NCBI GenBank assembly: GCA_964057225.1
Contig: OZ059894.1
Coordinates: 13,516,001-13,580,000 of the forward strand
Length of the DNA stretch: 64,000 nt
Reading direction: 5' to 3'
Origin: Auanema rhodensis
Lineage: Eukaryota > Animalia > Nematoda
Part shown: piece after piece, positions 26,401 through 39,127 of the stretch
Layout of the letters: each line of letters opens with the position of its first letter
How positions within the stretch are numbered: the stretch's first letter is position 1
Program-made: the position numbers and the translations under genes
The notes under the pieces: model-generated
What the model was told of the DNA's origin: nothing
What the model saw: the letters and a program-made list of their open reading frames with translations, nothing else
Database searches by the model: none

Positions 26401-29400
26401 ACTTTATTAATTATATTTATTAAATAATAATTTAATTTTTTAACTTCAAAATGTTTTTGTTATGTTTTAGGTTTATCGCGGAATATGGTATCTTGGTAAT
26501 CTGATGTGTGACATCTACACAGCTTGTGATGTGGCATGTAGTACGGCATCCATCTTACTTCTAGCCGTAATCAGTTTTGATAGGTATACTTGATGATTTT
26601 CAAAATTGAATAGAAAAACTATTTTTGAATTACCATGAACTTTCATTGTTTTCAGAAAGTTTTGTTTGGCTTCAATTTTGCAACTTAATTTTAATTTTAA
26701 AACTTTAAACTTTAAAATTTTACTTTGATTTAACAAAATATAAATATCTATATTTAACTATATATTGATGAATGAGTGTCACAAACTAAAATATAGGTTT
26801 TCCTAAAAAGTTACAGGAAAAGGAGAAGTCCATTTATCTTGTTTAAGTATTTTCCGAATTTTCTTACTCTAACCATATGTGGGCTCTCCAGAATTCTCAT
26901 TTTCGTGTCGTCATTTTGAATAGAAGTCCTCAGACAAATACTTGAAACCAAGATTCTTTGGAACAAGATAAGAAAAGCACGAATACACGAATACTAGGAC
27001 GATTTCGATGAAACTAAAAGAGGGAGAATGTAGAACTTTCTTATTTGAGCTTAGACGAGAAAGTGGATTTGGGAAAGGGGTTGCCCAAGCCCAAAAACGT
27101 TAATATTGAAAAGAAAAAAGTCACAATCATATCAAAAATGTTTTTTTTTTATTTCATTTAATTCTCAATAATTCAGGTATCGAGCCGTTAGTCGTCCGAT
27201 TCAATACTCACGTCAATCACAGAATATCAAAAGAGTATTTGCCATGATCGGAGCAATATGGTTCATCTCATTGGCATTAGCTAGTCCAATCGTCTTTGGT
27301 TCGTTTTTTTTTTGATTTTTCGTCAAATATTGGTTGTTTATTGTTCATAAATTGCCTATCCTAATTGAGTGTTTAGTTTTAAACGAACAATTGCTGAGAT
27401 ATGCAAATGCAAAAGAAGTATAAAAAGAAATAATTAAAAAGAAGATGTTGTGACAAATTTTCTTGATTGCTGATTAGACACTCCTGGTGGCCTTTTTTTT
27501 GGCTGTTATTTCAATGACTGATTGTCCTTTTTGTCATCAAAAGTATTCTGAAACAAGAGGTCTCTAGGGATCTAGTTAGGCGAACTAATCGTTTACCAAT
27601 TCGGTTAGATTCTAGATCCAAGTTTTAAATTATCTACGAAGAAACGAAATGTCGTTGATGCAATATAAAGCCACGAAAACTAGAAGGCAAAATGGGAAGA
27701 AGAGGGAATAGTAAAAGTGAAAGAAACAAATAAAACTTTTTCCTTTATCTTCTGTACTTTTGAAAAATTATTTCATGTTATTCTGGATGGAAAATTGAAT
27801 AAAATGTATGAAATCGAAAAAAAAAGGAAAATGTTTTGAAGATTTTAAGGATGGGGGAACGTCGGTTTGCTGATAAATTATATTACATAAAATTATTTTT
27901 AGCATTTGTGAAACGATTTATTGAACTTCATGTTTCAGGAGTTAATGTACGTCCTCCGGATGCTGCCGAGACTGAGTGTCGTTTACATAATGCTGAATTC
28001 TCAATTGGATCATCTATTATATCCTTTATAATTCCATGTATTTTGGTTTTATTTGTCTATATAAGGATTATTGTGGCTTTGAAAAAACGAGAAAAGGCTG
28101 CCCGTTTAAGACGACAAAAAAATTTAGGAATAAGCTCAGCGTATGTTGAAAGTTCTTCTTAATTTCTAAACACTATTTCATATATAGATCATCTGGCCTT
28201 CAAAACAGTAATGATGATGGTGATGAAGCGGGTAGAATTGTTGCAGGTCCAGGTACGAAATCATCCTTTATTTACCAATATATAAGGGTTTCAACTAATA
28301 TTTTCAAGCCAAAACATCAAAAATTAAGAAACAAAACCAAATCTCTGATATCCGCACAGATTTCGATTAACATCATTTTACCCTTGTTCATATCACACTA
28401 ACCTTCGACATCAAGAGTGCTGTGTGTTTTTTTCCCGATTAAACCCATGCCTTATCCGGCAGAGAAATATTATATTAGACAGAAATAATAGAATAAAACT
28501 TGAAATTTAAGAAAAAATAGATTCTTTATAAGATATTTGATGTGATTTTGGCTTCTTTTTATACGTTTTTACCTTCAGTTCATTTGTTGTATGCTTGTGT
28601 ATATACATAGCTCTAATCACATCATTGCCAAAAAACAAACGTTTTAAAAAAAAAAAACTCTGCCGGATAATTGCAGTTTTAATATGTCTAATACCACAGC
28701 GGAATCGCTTATATCTACGATGATCATACGAATATTGTTGGTTAACATTGCCTTCTGAAGTCTTTTCATCCTCTATTCTATTATAATATATTGAAAAGAA
28801 AATTAGTTAAAATGAAATGGCTTCAGACGGCTTCAGATTTTATTCTTAGCTATTTTTAACCTTATAAGTAGCGGCTTGGGAGTTTCAGTGGTCAACGTGA
28901 TGATGATGGCGCTACCGTCAATGTCGCGTCATATGCGTCGCTTTGAACGACATCGTCAAGCTATAGAAGCAGCAGGTGATGACGACGATGACGTCGTAGC
29001 CGTCGAGACGGAAGAGCCTCCGGCTGAGGCTTTACTCCGTCGAGTACTTCGACCGGGTTTGGCGCCAGCCAGTAGAAGCCTCTCGTTTGCCAGTACGTGC
29101 CTGTCTATATCGTCCTCAGCCCAGCCGTCCCGTGTTGTAAATGTGTTGTTAATCACATACACATATAACATGTACATGTATCACTTACACAAGCACAAAA
29201 CTATATATATAGTTAAGATAATTATATGTATAGAATAGAATAACTAACTGCTCGATTTAGGCATAAATTCACATATTTTCATTTAAAGCCTTAGTGTTAA
29301 TGTTGTAACTTTATACTTCAAACCTTCACCAGCGTATACAGCACTTGATGCACATTCACAAACGAACATGCAACATTTGAAATGCTATGTTGAACACTGC

Positions 29401-32400
29401 AATAAGATATTTTGTCCAATTTATACCATATTTTCTACAAAAAAAAAGTAGCAGCCAAGTTACAAAATCTTTCTTTTTTCGATTAAAAAAATTATATTTT
29501 TGATTAAGTAAAACTTGTGTAATGGGACGCATGTGGTGGGCCGGATGACAGAATGTCGTCGAAGTGGCTCCGCTTCTATGTATCTCTTTCTCTTTTTTTT
29601 CTCTCTATTTCTCTTTCACCTATTTGCATATTTCTTCTTGAAAATTTATAGCTAAGCTTGTAAATTCGAACTGACGAAGAGTGTTTATAATAGCTTGACT
29701 TTCGAAATTAATGTTCATTTGGGTCTGACAGCATGTGCATCCGGATAGCACACGAAGCATGATATCACAGCATGACCTTGCCTAGCGAGCACTCTCACCA
29801 AAATATTTTCGTTTCTGTTAAAAAAGAGAAAACTTGGTTTTTGTTAGGAGTTTAATATTATTTTTATGCAAAAAGACTTAGAAATTCAAAATAAATGATC
29901 GGTTAACTGGAATATTTATAACATTGTATAGATTCATATACTTTTTTTGGTTTCTAATTTAAAGAACATACTAGAAAATACCAAATATTTTGTCATTCTT
30001 TGTGAATTAAACTGTAAATATGAAATGAAAATTGATGAATGAAATCAAAAATATTAGAACTTCCATGTGTGAACTCTTATCCATAAAGTTTACATTTCAT
30101 ACCTCTGCTCCTACGATCATTCCGCTCCGTCGAATATGAATGACCGGAACAGAAACGACAGATGGATATAGAATGGGTTACCAATCTCAGATGACAATTC
30201 AAATATTTTCTAATTTTGAGTTGTTAAAGGGAGTAAGAGAGAATATAAAATATTATCATAAGAGGGATTTAAGAGAGTTTTAAGCATGTAAAGAGAGATT
30301 ACAATTAAAATAGTTAATATAAAGCCTGTCTTTGATAGAATTTAACATACTATTTAGTGTGTCAAACTATAAATTATAATTAGTGGCTTTGAATGATTGA
30401 AATAATTATAAATATATGTATAAAATAAAATATATTTAACATATATTCATATATATTTTTTCAAAAAAAATCAGCACATTAGGCATGACTAACATACATT
30501 AACAAACTTGATACACTTAGTAAATCATATATACATAAACGAACTGACTTATACTTTTTAATTTGTATTTTTGCAAAACAAAAATTAAAAAGATGATTAT
30601 GAATATAAAAAATATGAGAATAAGTACTAGTCAGTTTAAAATGCAAGAATCAAATAGCTTGTCCTGAAAGAATGTAATCCTAGTAACGGATTTTAGACTG
30701 CTATGATTTAGTAGAGCACGACCTGTTAATTATATTAAAATAAATTATATAATTAAATATAATTTTCAGAAGAACGTGAATTTGGAGGATCATCTACTCC
30801 ACGTAGTAGTGTAGATGAATCATTGTCTGAAAACGTAAATGTTATCAGTAATGATTTTCTATCAGAAGGGTTCACTAATGCTTCTCGGTATTTATATTTA
30901 ACTATATGATATAATAATTTAACATAATATTAAAGTAGATCATCAATTGGAGAAGAAGAATCACAACCACCATCCTCACAAAATTCTTCTGCTGAAAGTG
31001 CTACAAAGAAAACAAGAAGATTCAAGTAAGTGTTTCATTGAAAGTTTTTTTGCAACAATTAGAATTCTTCGGCGTGTTACCCTCATGCACATCCCAAAAA
31101 TATTTTTTTTTTGTAATCACAGTCGTTTGATCAAAATAGTTTTTGGAATGATTATCAACCATTGTGTTCTATATATTTCAATGTTTTTTCTAATATAAAC
31201 ATGATGATACCTATGTAGAAGCCTCACCAGGAATTATTCCAATAGACATCGTTCCAAGACTTTGGATATAGCAGCCACGAGTAGATCAGCTTCATTGTAA
31301 GTTTCATACACAATGTACATGAGCATAAGCATAATTCAACGCACTTATATATAGTATATGTATATGTTTTCACTTAGTCATTGTTGATTATGCATTTAAT
31401 CATACCAAATTTGTAACTCTGGCTATTTATTAGAAATTTAGAGAACAATTTCATGTTGTTTTCAGCTCTTTGAATACTCTGCGAGGTGGAGGTGAAGCTA
31501 TTCTACCTTCAATTATACGCTCAATTTCTCGAAGAAGTCCACGACTTTTCCGATCTCAACAACATCATGAAGAAAATGTATGTTTTATTTGTGAAAATAA
31601 ATTCAAATGAAAAAACAATTTATTTTATTTTTAGATAGTTATATCTAATTCTGATATGAGAGATCAATTTGATTCTTCTCCAAATGGCGATATGGACAAT
31701 CGACGAACATCGCAAACAGAAACAGAAACTATTTCTGCTTCGAAAACTGATGTTGCTCCTGTTACTAATTTCAGTCGAAGCACAACAGTCAATAGTAAGA
31801 TAAGCTAATGTTTCTTTAATAAGGTGAGACTTTAGGTGAATTACTTGGTTCTCCTGAAGATAGTTCTATGACAATTTTTGAAAATCCGGCTAATAAAGTC
31901 TTTGAACATGATTTTGAAGACACAAAATTAGACGAAAGTTCAATTAAGGAAGATTCACAGGTTAATCTAAATTTCAAGAAGTGTAATATGAACTTTATCG
32001 TTTTAGCCTACAGTAACATTTTCAATGACTGTTCGAAATATGACAGGCTCGCCTAGTGAAGATCAGAAGTTGAAAGGTTCATATTCATTAGATAAACCTG
32101 ACGGATCATTGGCTGAGACCGAGCCTGCTTTAGCTGTGAAAATTCTAACAAGAGGATCTGTTTCACGTTTGTAGTTTTATCAATAACTATATCCATTTCA
32201 ATATTCTCAGATGATCCTGTGTTCATGCGAATGGATTCAGCTGGTTCTTCTTTAGGTCGTTTGGAAAGAAAAGAAAGTTGGAAGTCAAACCAATCATCAA
32301 ATCAAGCTCAACCCTCTTCAAAGCCCAAGCCAAAAAATGGCCTAGCAGTTAAACTAGTAAAAAAAACTTTAAGGCATGAACAAAGTCTTAAACGAAAAGT

Positions 32401-32847
32401 AAGCTGATAATTGAGTTGAGAGAGTAAATTGTTTGAATATGAATCATTTTAGGTTTCAAAAGCCCATCGAAAGGAGAAAAGAGCTACGAAAACACTTGGA
32501 GTTGTAGTTGGTGTTTTCTTAGTTTGTTGGGTTCCATTTTTTGTGGTGAACATCCTGAATGCAATCTGTATTCTATTTAATGAAGAATTTTGTCAGGTTA
32601 GTCTAAATACATACTAAGATATACGAAGATAAATGAAATATAATAGATATTTCTTAATAAAATGACTTATTTAAAGGTTAGCTTTGATGTTTTCTTCTAT
32701 ACAACGTGGATTGGTTATATGAATTCCTTCATGAATCCTATTATTTATACTATTTTCAACACGGAGTTTCGACGTGCTTTTAAATCATTAATATTTGGAC
32801 GGGAAACAGGACGAAGTATAGTGCTTAAAAAGCAGAATTACGTCTAG
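23418..32847 (+). CDS. dop-3: D2-like dopamine receptor (class A GPCR), DOP-3 orthologue, 16 coding exons
   Basis: Hand-spliced exons: 23418-23714, 26471-26583, 27177-27298, 27939-28140, 28188-28252, 28889-~29092 (alternative), 30770-30887, 30936/30939-31025, 31219-31296, 31466-31577, 31635-31794, 31836-31960, 32007-32166, 32211-32398, 32453-32596, 32677-32847; all GT-AG and phase-compatible. Motifs: GNVLV (TM1), LAVADL (TM2), [14 protein letters not shown] (TM3 Asp and DRY), SSIISF (TM5 serines), [24 protein letters not shown] (TM6), [20 protein letters not shown] (TM7). Long IL3 blocks ([37 protein letters not shown]) match my recollection of C. elegans DOP-3. Confidence 0.92.
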
Positions 32848-34387
32848 TTCCACTATCATCCAGGTGTTCGATGATCGTTTGAAAGATGCTGATATTGGTT
32901 GATTGTATGTTGTTATTCATCACGTCAAATGAAGAATCTCAAGTCGGCTGATGATGAACCGTTCGCTATCGTCTGGGCGTGTGTGTGTTCTCGTCGTAGC
33001 CCTAGTCATATATGGAAGTGCTTATCTTGTCCTGCCTCATCTGAATTATTGCCAAAGTTAATTTCTAATTTAATTATATTATTTATATATTCTCGAATAT
33101 ACTACCAATCAAATAATTTTTAAAACTTTCATTTTTAGCTAACAGCTTCTTTTATTTTGCTAAATTCAGACAAAAATTTAAAAGAGAAATGTTAATCCAT
33201 ATGCAATTTTTTTGTTTTTTTTTTTTTTTTTAGTAGAAACTTTTTTTCGAGATTATAGAGTTTCTAGGAACAAACTGCAGTGTGCTTTTTGTTTTTATTT
33301 TTATTTTTTTGTGGTTAATCGCCATCCAACGATTTTCATATTTCACCTTATATTTAGACCATGGATAGATCACATATTTAACCTCAAGCAGTTTCTTACT
33401 CTCATCATTTCTAGAACATTCCAATATGATGTATCAATCAAGTTTCTAAATTTTTAAGAGTTTTATTGTATTAACAGAATATAAGGTTCAATCTTAATCC
33501 TGTTTATGAATAATCGGGTCTAGAACATAAGAAGTTGTCCAGTGTGAGTTATACGGGTTCATAGCTCGTATGCTATACTATATAGCATTCTCTTTTATGT
33601 AATTTTCTGGTATCTTTATTCGCTTTTCTAAATCTTGCCAATGCTGAGTATTACATCATTTATACACCACATTGCTTTTTTTAAATGAAAGTAAAGAATT
33701 TTTATAATTATTTATGTGTTTATTTTATAATTTATACAAGTTTATATGATAATACAGTCAAGAAGTTTCTATTAAAAAAACAAAATTACAACTTTTTAAG
33801 CTTGAACTTTGTTTTGAAAGTTTGTAAAGTATTGATGTTAAATTGAAGAAACGAGTAGGTTTTTCAAAACAATTCCTGTATTTATCAGAAAAAGATTAGT
33901 GAAACCTAAGACAGTTAAAGAATGTGGTTGAGTCAAATAAATGAGAACAAATTCAATGACAAATATTTATTTTATAAAACGTTTTGTTTAACGAATCTTT
34001 CTAGTCTTCAAGAACAAGTGGCATTTTAATGATTGTACTTCATACATTTTATTATAATAACTATTACTAAATAGCTAAAATTACTTTATTTATATAAAAA
34101 GAATTATATGTTTTATGTTATTAACTAAGAAATGATTTGGCCTTGTGAACGACTTTCTTCACACATACATTCATATTTGGCTGTTAATGCCTGTTCTCGA
34201 ACCTGTTCGATGTGTTTGCTATGTTTTCAGTATGTAAGGCATTAGATGATAGATGGAGTTCATTCATCAGACCAACCATCTAAGAACGTTTAACGTGATT
34301 TTTAGAAAAGAAAACTTTGTGAAATTTATATTTTTATATTTATATAATATAGTTAATTCCTAATTTTTATAATCATATGTTTACAGA

Positions 34388-35228
34388 ATGATTCAGTCTA
34401 AGTTACATATCATCGTATTATTTAGCTGTTTTGGTAAGATATTCTACTTTTTCATATCTTATAATATTATTTACTAAAAAAATTTTCAATTTTTTTAATA
34501 CAATGATGAATTAAAAATATTTTTTCAAGCTTCAATAACATCAATGAATTGTCAATTGGAACGAGATCAAGGATATGAATGTGAGAACAATTCCAAAAGT
34601 ATAAAATTCTATTATGATACAAAGCATGGTAGTTTCATTTCAATATTTATATTGTAAAATTAATTTTGAATTAAGGAGTATGTCAACCAATGTCTTACAA
34701 AGGTTGTGGAGGAAATGAAAACAGATTTGCTTCTGCTGTTGAATGTAGAGATGAATGCCAAATGAAGCCCAGAGAACGAGCTAGTAATAATCAGACTAAG
34801 GATACTGGTCTTGTTGGTTAGTTAATACTAATATCTTTCAAAATTGTGTTTGTAAACATATATGTCTTTCATCTGAATTACAGTCAACGCTTGTGAACTA
34901 AATACGGATGCTCGAATTTCTGAGAAGGTCATAAGCTGTGATAAAGGTTGTCCAACTGGATACGAATGTAATGGAAACAAACAATGTTGTCCAACTCGAG
35001 GTGTCATCATCATCATAGCTCATTGAATATATTACTGATTTAGCTACAATCTGCAAACTACCAGTGAGTTCCGGACATGAAGCAGTCAATTTGAAGCATT
35101 ATGGACGTTTTGCTTATATGCCGGGACTTGAAAACTGTTTACGATTCAGTTATTTCGGATCAGAAGGCAATTTCAACAACTTCAAAACTTATAGTGATTG
35201 TAAAGCATACTGTAAGAATGAAAACTAG
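34388..35228 (+). CDS. Small secreted protein: signal peptide, Kunitz/BPTI domain, lustrin-like Cys-rich repeat, second (4-Cys) Kunitz domain
   Basis: Exons 34388-34433, 34530-34628, 34676-34816, 34884-35000, 35044-35228. Product: MIQSKLHIIVLFSCFASITS (signal-like); CQLERDQGYEC..KFYYD...CQPMSYKGCGGNENRFASAVECRDEC; C..GCPTGYECNGNKQCCP; CKLPVSSG...RFAY...NCLRFSYFGSEGNFNNFKTYSDCKAYC. A TTTACAG acceptor lies 1 nt before the ATG. The ORF track missed this gene because its exons are short. Confidence 0.9.
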
Positions 35229-35372
35229 TCTATATATTCATCAAATTAATATTTTTTCTATTTTTTGTAAATAAATAATAAACTTTTCATCTATACTATA
35301 CATTACGCATAATTTTTCTAAAATGATATACATATACATCTTATTTCGAAGAAAATAAAATAAAAGTATCGA

Positions 35373-37519
35373 CTACAACTTTTCTCCGTAGAAGGAATTC
35401 TCTAGAACTTTTCCTGGATTCATGATGTTGTTGGGATCCAAGCATTTCTTCAGCATTTGCATTGTTTTGATAGACCCATAGCCAACTTCTTCTTTCAAAT
35501 ATGAAATCTTGCCCATACCTACACCATGCTCACCCGTACAAGTTCCATTGAACTGTAAGGCTCTTCTAAATACATAATATTTGAACAAGTATCATTAAAA
35601 CATTAAAAATACCTAACTAATCTATTTGAAAATGCTAATACTTCTGGTAGCTCAGCTTCTTTGTCAACAATTGGAATAATTACATGGAAATTGCCATCAC
35701 CGACATGACCGACAATGGACCCTTAAGAATAGCATTGTAATCGAGTTCAATACCGTTTCGGCGCAAACGTCGATTAGTGTCTTAATTCATTTTCATTTTC
35801 TAATAATTCAACATGCACATGCGGTTGCATTCTATGATGTCTGTAAACGATTTGCTTAGACTAATTTGAATTTGTTTTGCAGAGTTACGTCGCATGCTAT
35901 TGAAAAAAAATGTTTTTAGTTAACCTACCAACAAGTTTCGAATTCATCAAATCCTCTTTCGTCAATGTTACTACATCAGCAAGTTTGGAAATAGGAACAC
36001 ATACATCAGTTGTAAAGCCCCAAAAAATATTAGATTACATAGACTACAAGAATAGGAAATTACCCTTGAACCTTTCCTTAAAGACAAAGTTGCATAATAA
36101 GCATTATGTCGGGCTTTCCAAAGTTTATCAATATCACTCTCACTATCTGATTTAGTGAAAACATGGGCTTCGTTGTTACAACAAATGCTTTCTTAAAAAT
36201 AATTGTTTAAAAAAATAAACAAGGAAATAAAACTTGTTAATTCCATTTGAGAAACAGTTTCTTCTTCAGTAAAGCCATGAAACTCTAGAAAAAGTGTAGG
36301 AAGTTCTTCCAATGTCAGCTTGCTGTATGAGTTACAGGCAGCAATTTGCACATCATCTAGTAGCTCTAAATTTGGAAAAAATAAAACGTTGGATTTTCTA
36401 ATAACCAATTCGAGCGATAGGTATTCCACATTGAATAACTTCCATTACAGCTCTCACAGCATTATGTATAGATTGAAAGGATGTGACAGCAACAGACCGA
36501 GACGGTGGCAAAGGATGAAGCCTTAAAATTAAATTCCAAATTAACAAGGAAATAAAAAACAACTTTAAAGTACATTCCGTGATAATTCCCAATGTTCCTT
36601 CAGAACCAACAAATAAATCTGTTAAATTATATCCAGCGGATGACTTTCTAAAGTTTTACAAGGGAAATGATTTCCATGATCAGAATTACGGTGAACATTT
36701 ATCCTTCCCCCTTGTGTGCACAATAGTACCATCAGGCATTACAATTTCTAAATTTCTAACATTCTCCTTCATGGTTCCTATAAACCATAACAAATAGATA
36801 AAAAAACAAATTCTTTATACCATAACGAATGGCATTAGTTCCACTGGCCCCAGTAGCTACCATACCACATAAAGAAGCGTCAGCACCAGGATCCAAAAGA
36901 TATAATTGAATAGAATACTAATTCGTATTACTTCTTACCAACAGGAAAAAATAAACCTTTATGTCTGAGAAAGTTATTCAAAAATGATCTTGTTACCGAA
37001 GGTCTTACGGAAACTATAGAATCTTCAACGGAGAGATTAGTTATCTCTCCTTCAAGATGTGTTAAAGAAATACTGATTCCTTTCTGAATGTATATATAAT
37101 ACAACAAATTCAGAACATCAAACTTTTATGTGAAGTATTCCTCCTTCAAGACCCGTACCTGTACCAACAGGAATAACGGGAAGCCTCTGCTCATTACAGA
37201 ATTTCATAATGTCGGAAAGTTCATTAACTGAATGTGGTGTTAAAACAAATTCAGGTTCTAGTCCTCTATAATATATTGTATAAAATTAAATTTCTACTTA
37301 TTTCCGACTCAAAATGGCCTTCATCTCTTATATATTGCTGTTTTTGTGAGGATATGGATATAACATTGGATGTCCCAACTATGCTTTCCAATGTTTTAGC
37401 CAATTTATCAGAAGAAACAAATCTTTTTCCCTCAAAACTTTATTATTAAAAAACATCAAAACTTAATACCTTACATAATTAAGCTTGGTCAAGCTTTTAA
37501 GAATTACATTATGAAACAT
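35373..37519 (-). CDS. LDHD: Mitochondrial D-lactate dehydrogenase (FAD-linked oxidase, LDHD/DLD1 family), multi-exon
   Basis: ATG at 37519 just after a TTTAG acceptor; N-terminus [15 protein letters not shown]|GKRFVSS resembles a mitochondrial presequence. Motifs: [119 protein letters not shown]. Stop at 35373. Confidence 0.92.
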
Positions 37520-37521
37520 AC

Positions 37522-37637
37522 CTAAATATCATTCATAGAAACACATATTATTATGTCCTTGTTATAGAAATAATAACAATTGAATATACATATACAAATA
37601 ATAATGATATATCATATCACCTCATAAAAGATTTATT
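37522..37637 (-). promoter_or_regulatory. Operon-type intercistronic region: PIH1D1 poly(A) signal followed by LDHD trans-splice acceptor
   Basis: AATAAA at 37637-37632 lies ~110 nt upstream of the TTTAG acceptor (37526-37522), which is 2 nt before the LDHD ATG. This matches the ~100-nt spacing of SL2 operons in C. elegans. Confidence 0.65.
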
Positions 37638-37694
37638 GAAAACATAACAAAAAAACAAATTTTGAGAACATCAAACAATTATATATTTACATCA

Positions 37695-38785
37695 TTAACT
37701 TGGTATTATTATGTTAATCGATACAATAAGAGCATTTTTGGAATAACAAAGCTTACTTTTCACTGTTTTAGGATCTAACATGTGAGGAACACAGAAATCG
37801 TATAAGCTTTTCCGATTATCTAATAATAACACTACCCTATTCTCTCCAACTTGAAGACGTAATCTAAATTTTAACAAATATGTTACATTTCAGAATCTCA
37901 CAACTGTACCTAGTTCCATTTTCAACTGGAGGAGAAACATCTGCTAGAGAGAGGTTGAACTCCATTCGTTGTCCTTTGAATAATCTAGCAGTAACACCCA
38001 CAATAGCTTTTTCAGGTGAAAGCGGATTCTGTAACTATTTGATTCAGTTATACAGCCAAATCTGAACATACCGGCTCAGATTTGACGCCATCTCGAGACA
38101 CAGTATTGCTTTCACATTCATAAACAACATGCTTTTCGGGGTTTTTGTTAAGTTTCATGGGGGAAATCGTCCCCATGCTTCTTCTATTAATAAGAATAAT
38201 TGCAGCATTTGGATCTAACTTGATAGTATGCTGAAAATTAAGAAAGATTTAGCTATTGATATAGTACGCGCTCACTTTGTTTTCTATAGCTTCACATAAT
38301 AAGAGCGTAATAAAATGTCTAAAAAAATCTGATTTTGATTGATCCAATCTTAATTCATATAAATGAGTATTGAGAAGCACATCAATCTTGAATAGAATTT
38401 CTTATTTATAAGTATTTCCTAATTAGATATACCTTCAGGCAATCTTCTTGTTTATTATCAGTAACGCATTCTACCTCACCGACACAAACCGGAACACGGT
38501 AACTATAATCACCCGAATCTAGACGTGAGGCAAGAGTATCCTAATATGTAAACTTTGAAGAAAATCAAAAAATGATAAGTACCTCATCGAGATCTTCCAT
38601 CGGAGGTGGAATTTTATTTGAATGGCACAAGTTGATGAAACATTTTCTTTTGGTTTCACCGTCAAGCTCATTTACAACAACCTTAAATATTCAGTAACTT
38701 CTCATTTTAATAAACGCTTCACTTCTTTGAACTTTATAACATATCCAGGAGTTGGATAAACCGTCCAAGTATCAATGTTATCCAT
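37695..38785 (-). CDS. PIH1D1: PIH1-domain protein (R2TP co-chaperone subunit, PIH1D1/Nop17-like)
   Basis: ATG at 38785 after TTTTTATAG. Spliced product MDNIDTWTVYPTPGYVIKFKE|VVV...KCFINLCHSNKIPPP...YRVPVCVGEVECVTDNKQEDCLK|IDVLLN... fits the PIH1 N-domain. The C-terminus is a CS-like segment, ...LDPKTVKSKLCYSKNALIVSINIIIPS*. Confidence 0.8.
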
Positions 38786-39127
38786 GTTCTATAAAAACGG
38801 TTTTATTCATAAAACTTAATTTGAGAAACAAATAAGTTTTTATATATAGTAAATCGAGAAATTCTTCAACCAGAAGCAGTTTTACGCAATAGTACGTAAC
38901 TGATTTGAATGAGAAATAATTTACGTTTTGACAACTTCAAATTCAAAAAAAGAGAAAAATGTTTTTTATACTATTTTTCAGTAATATTTCGAGTAAACGA
39001 TAACATGGAAGATCACGCAGGCAAATAATTACAGTTTATTTCGCAAGCCCACACAGTTTATCGCCACCAACAATAAAAGTCGTAAAACATCCCAAATTTG
39101 ATATGCTATGAATAAATTAATTTTTTT

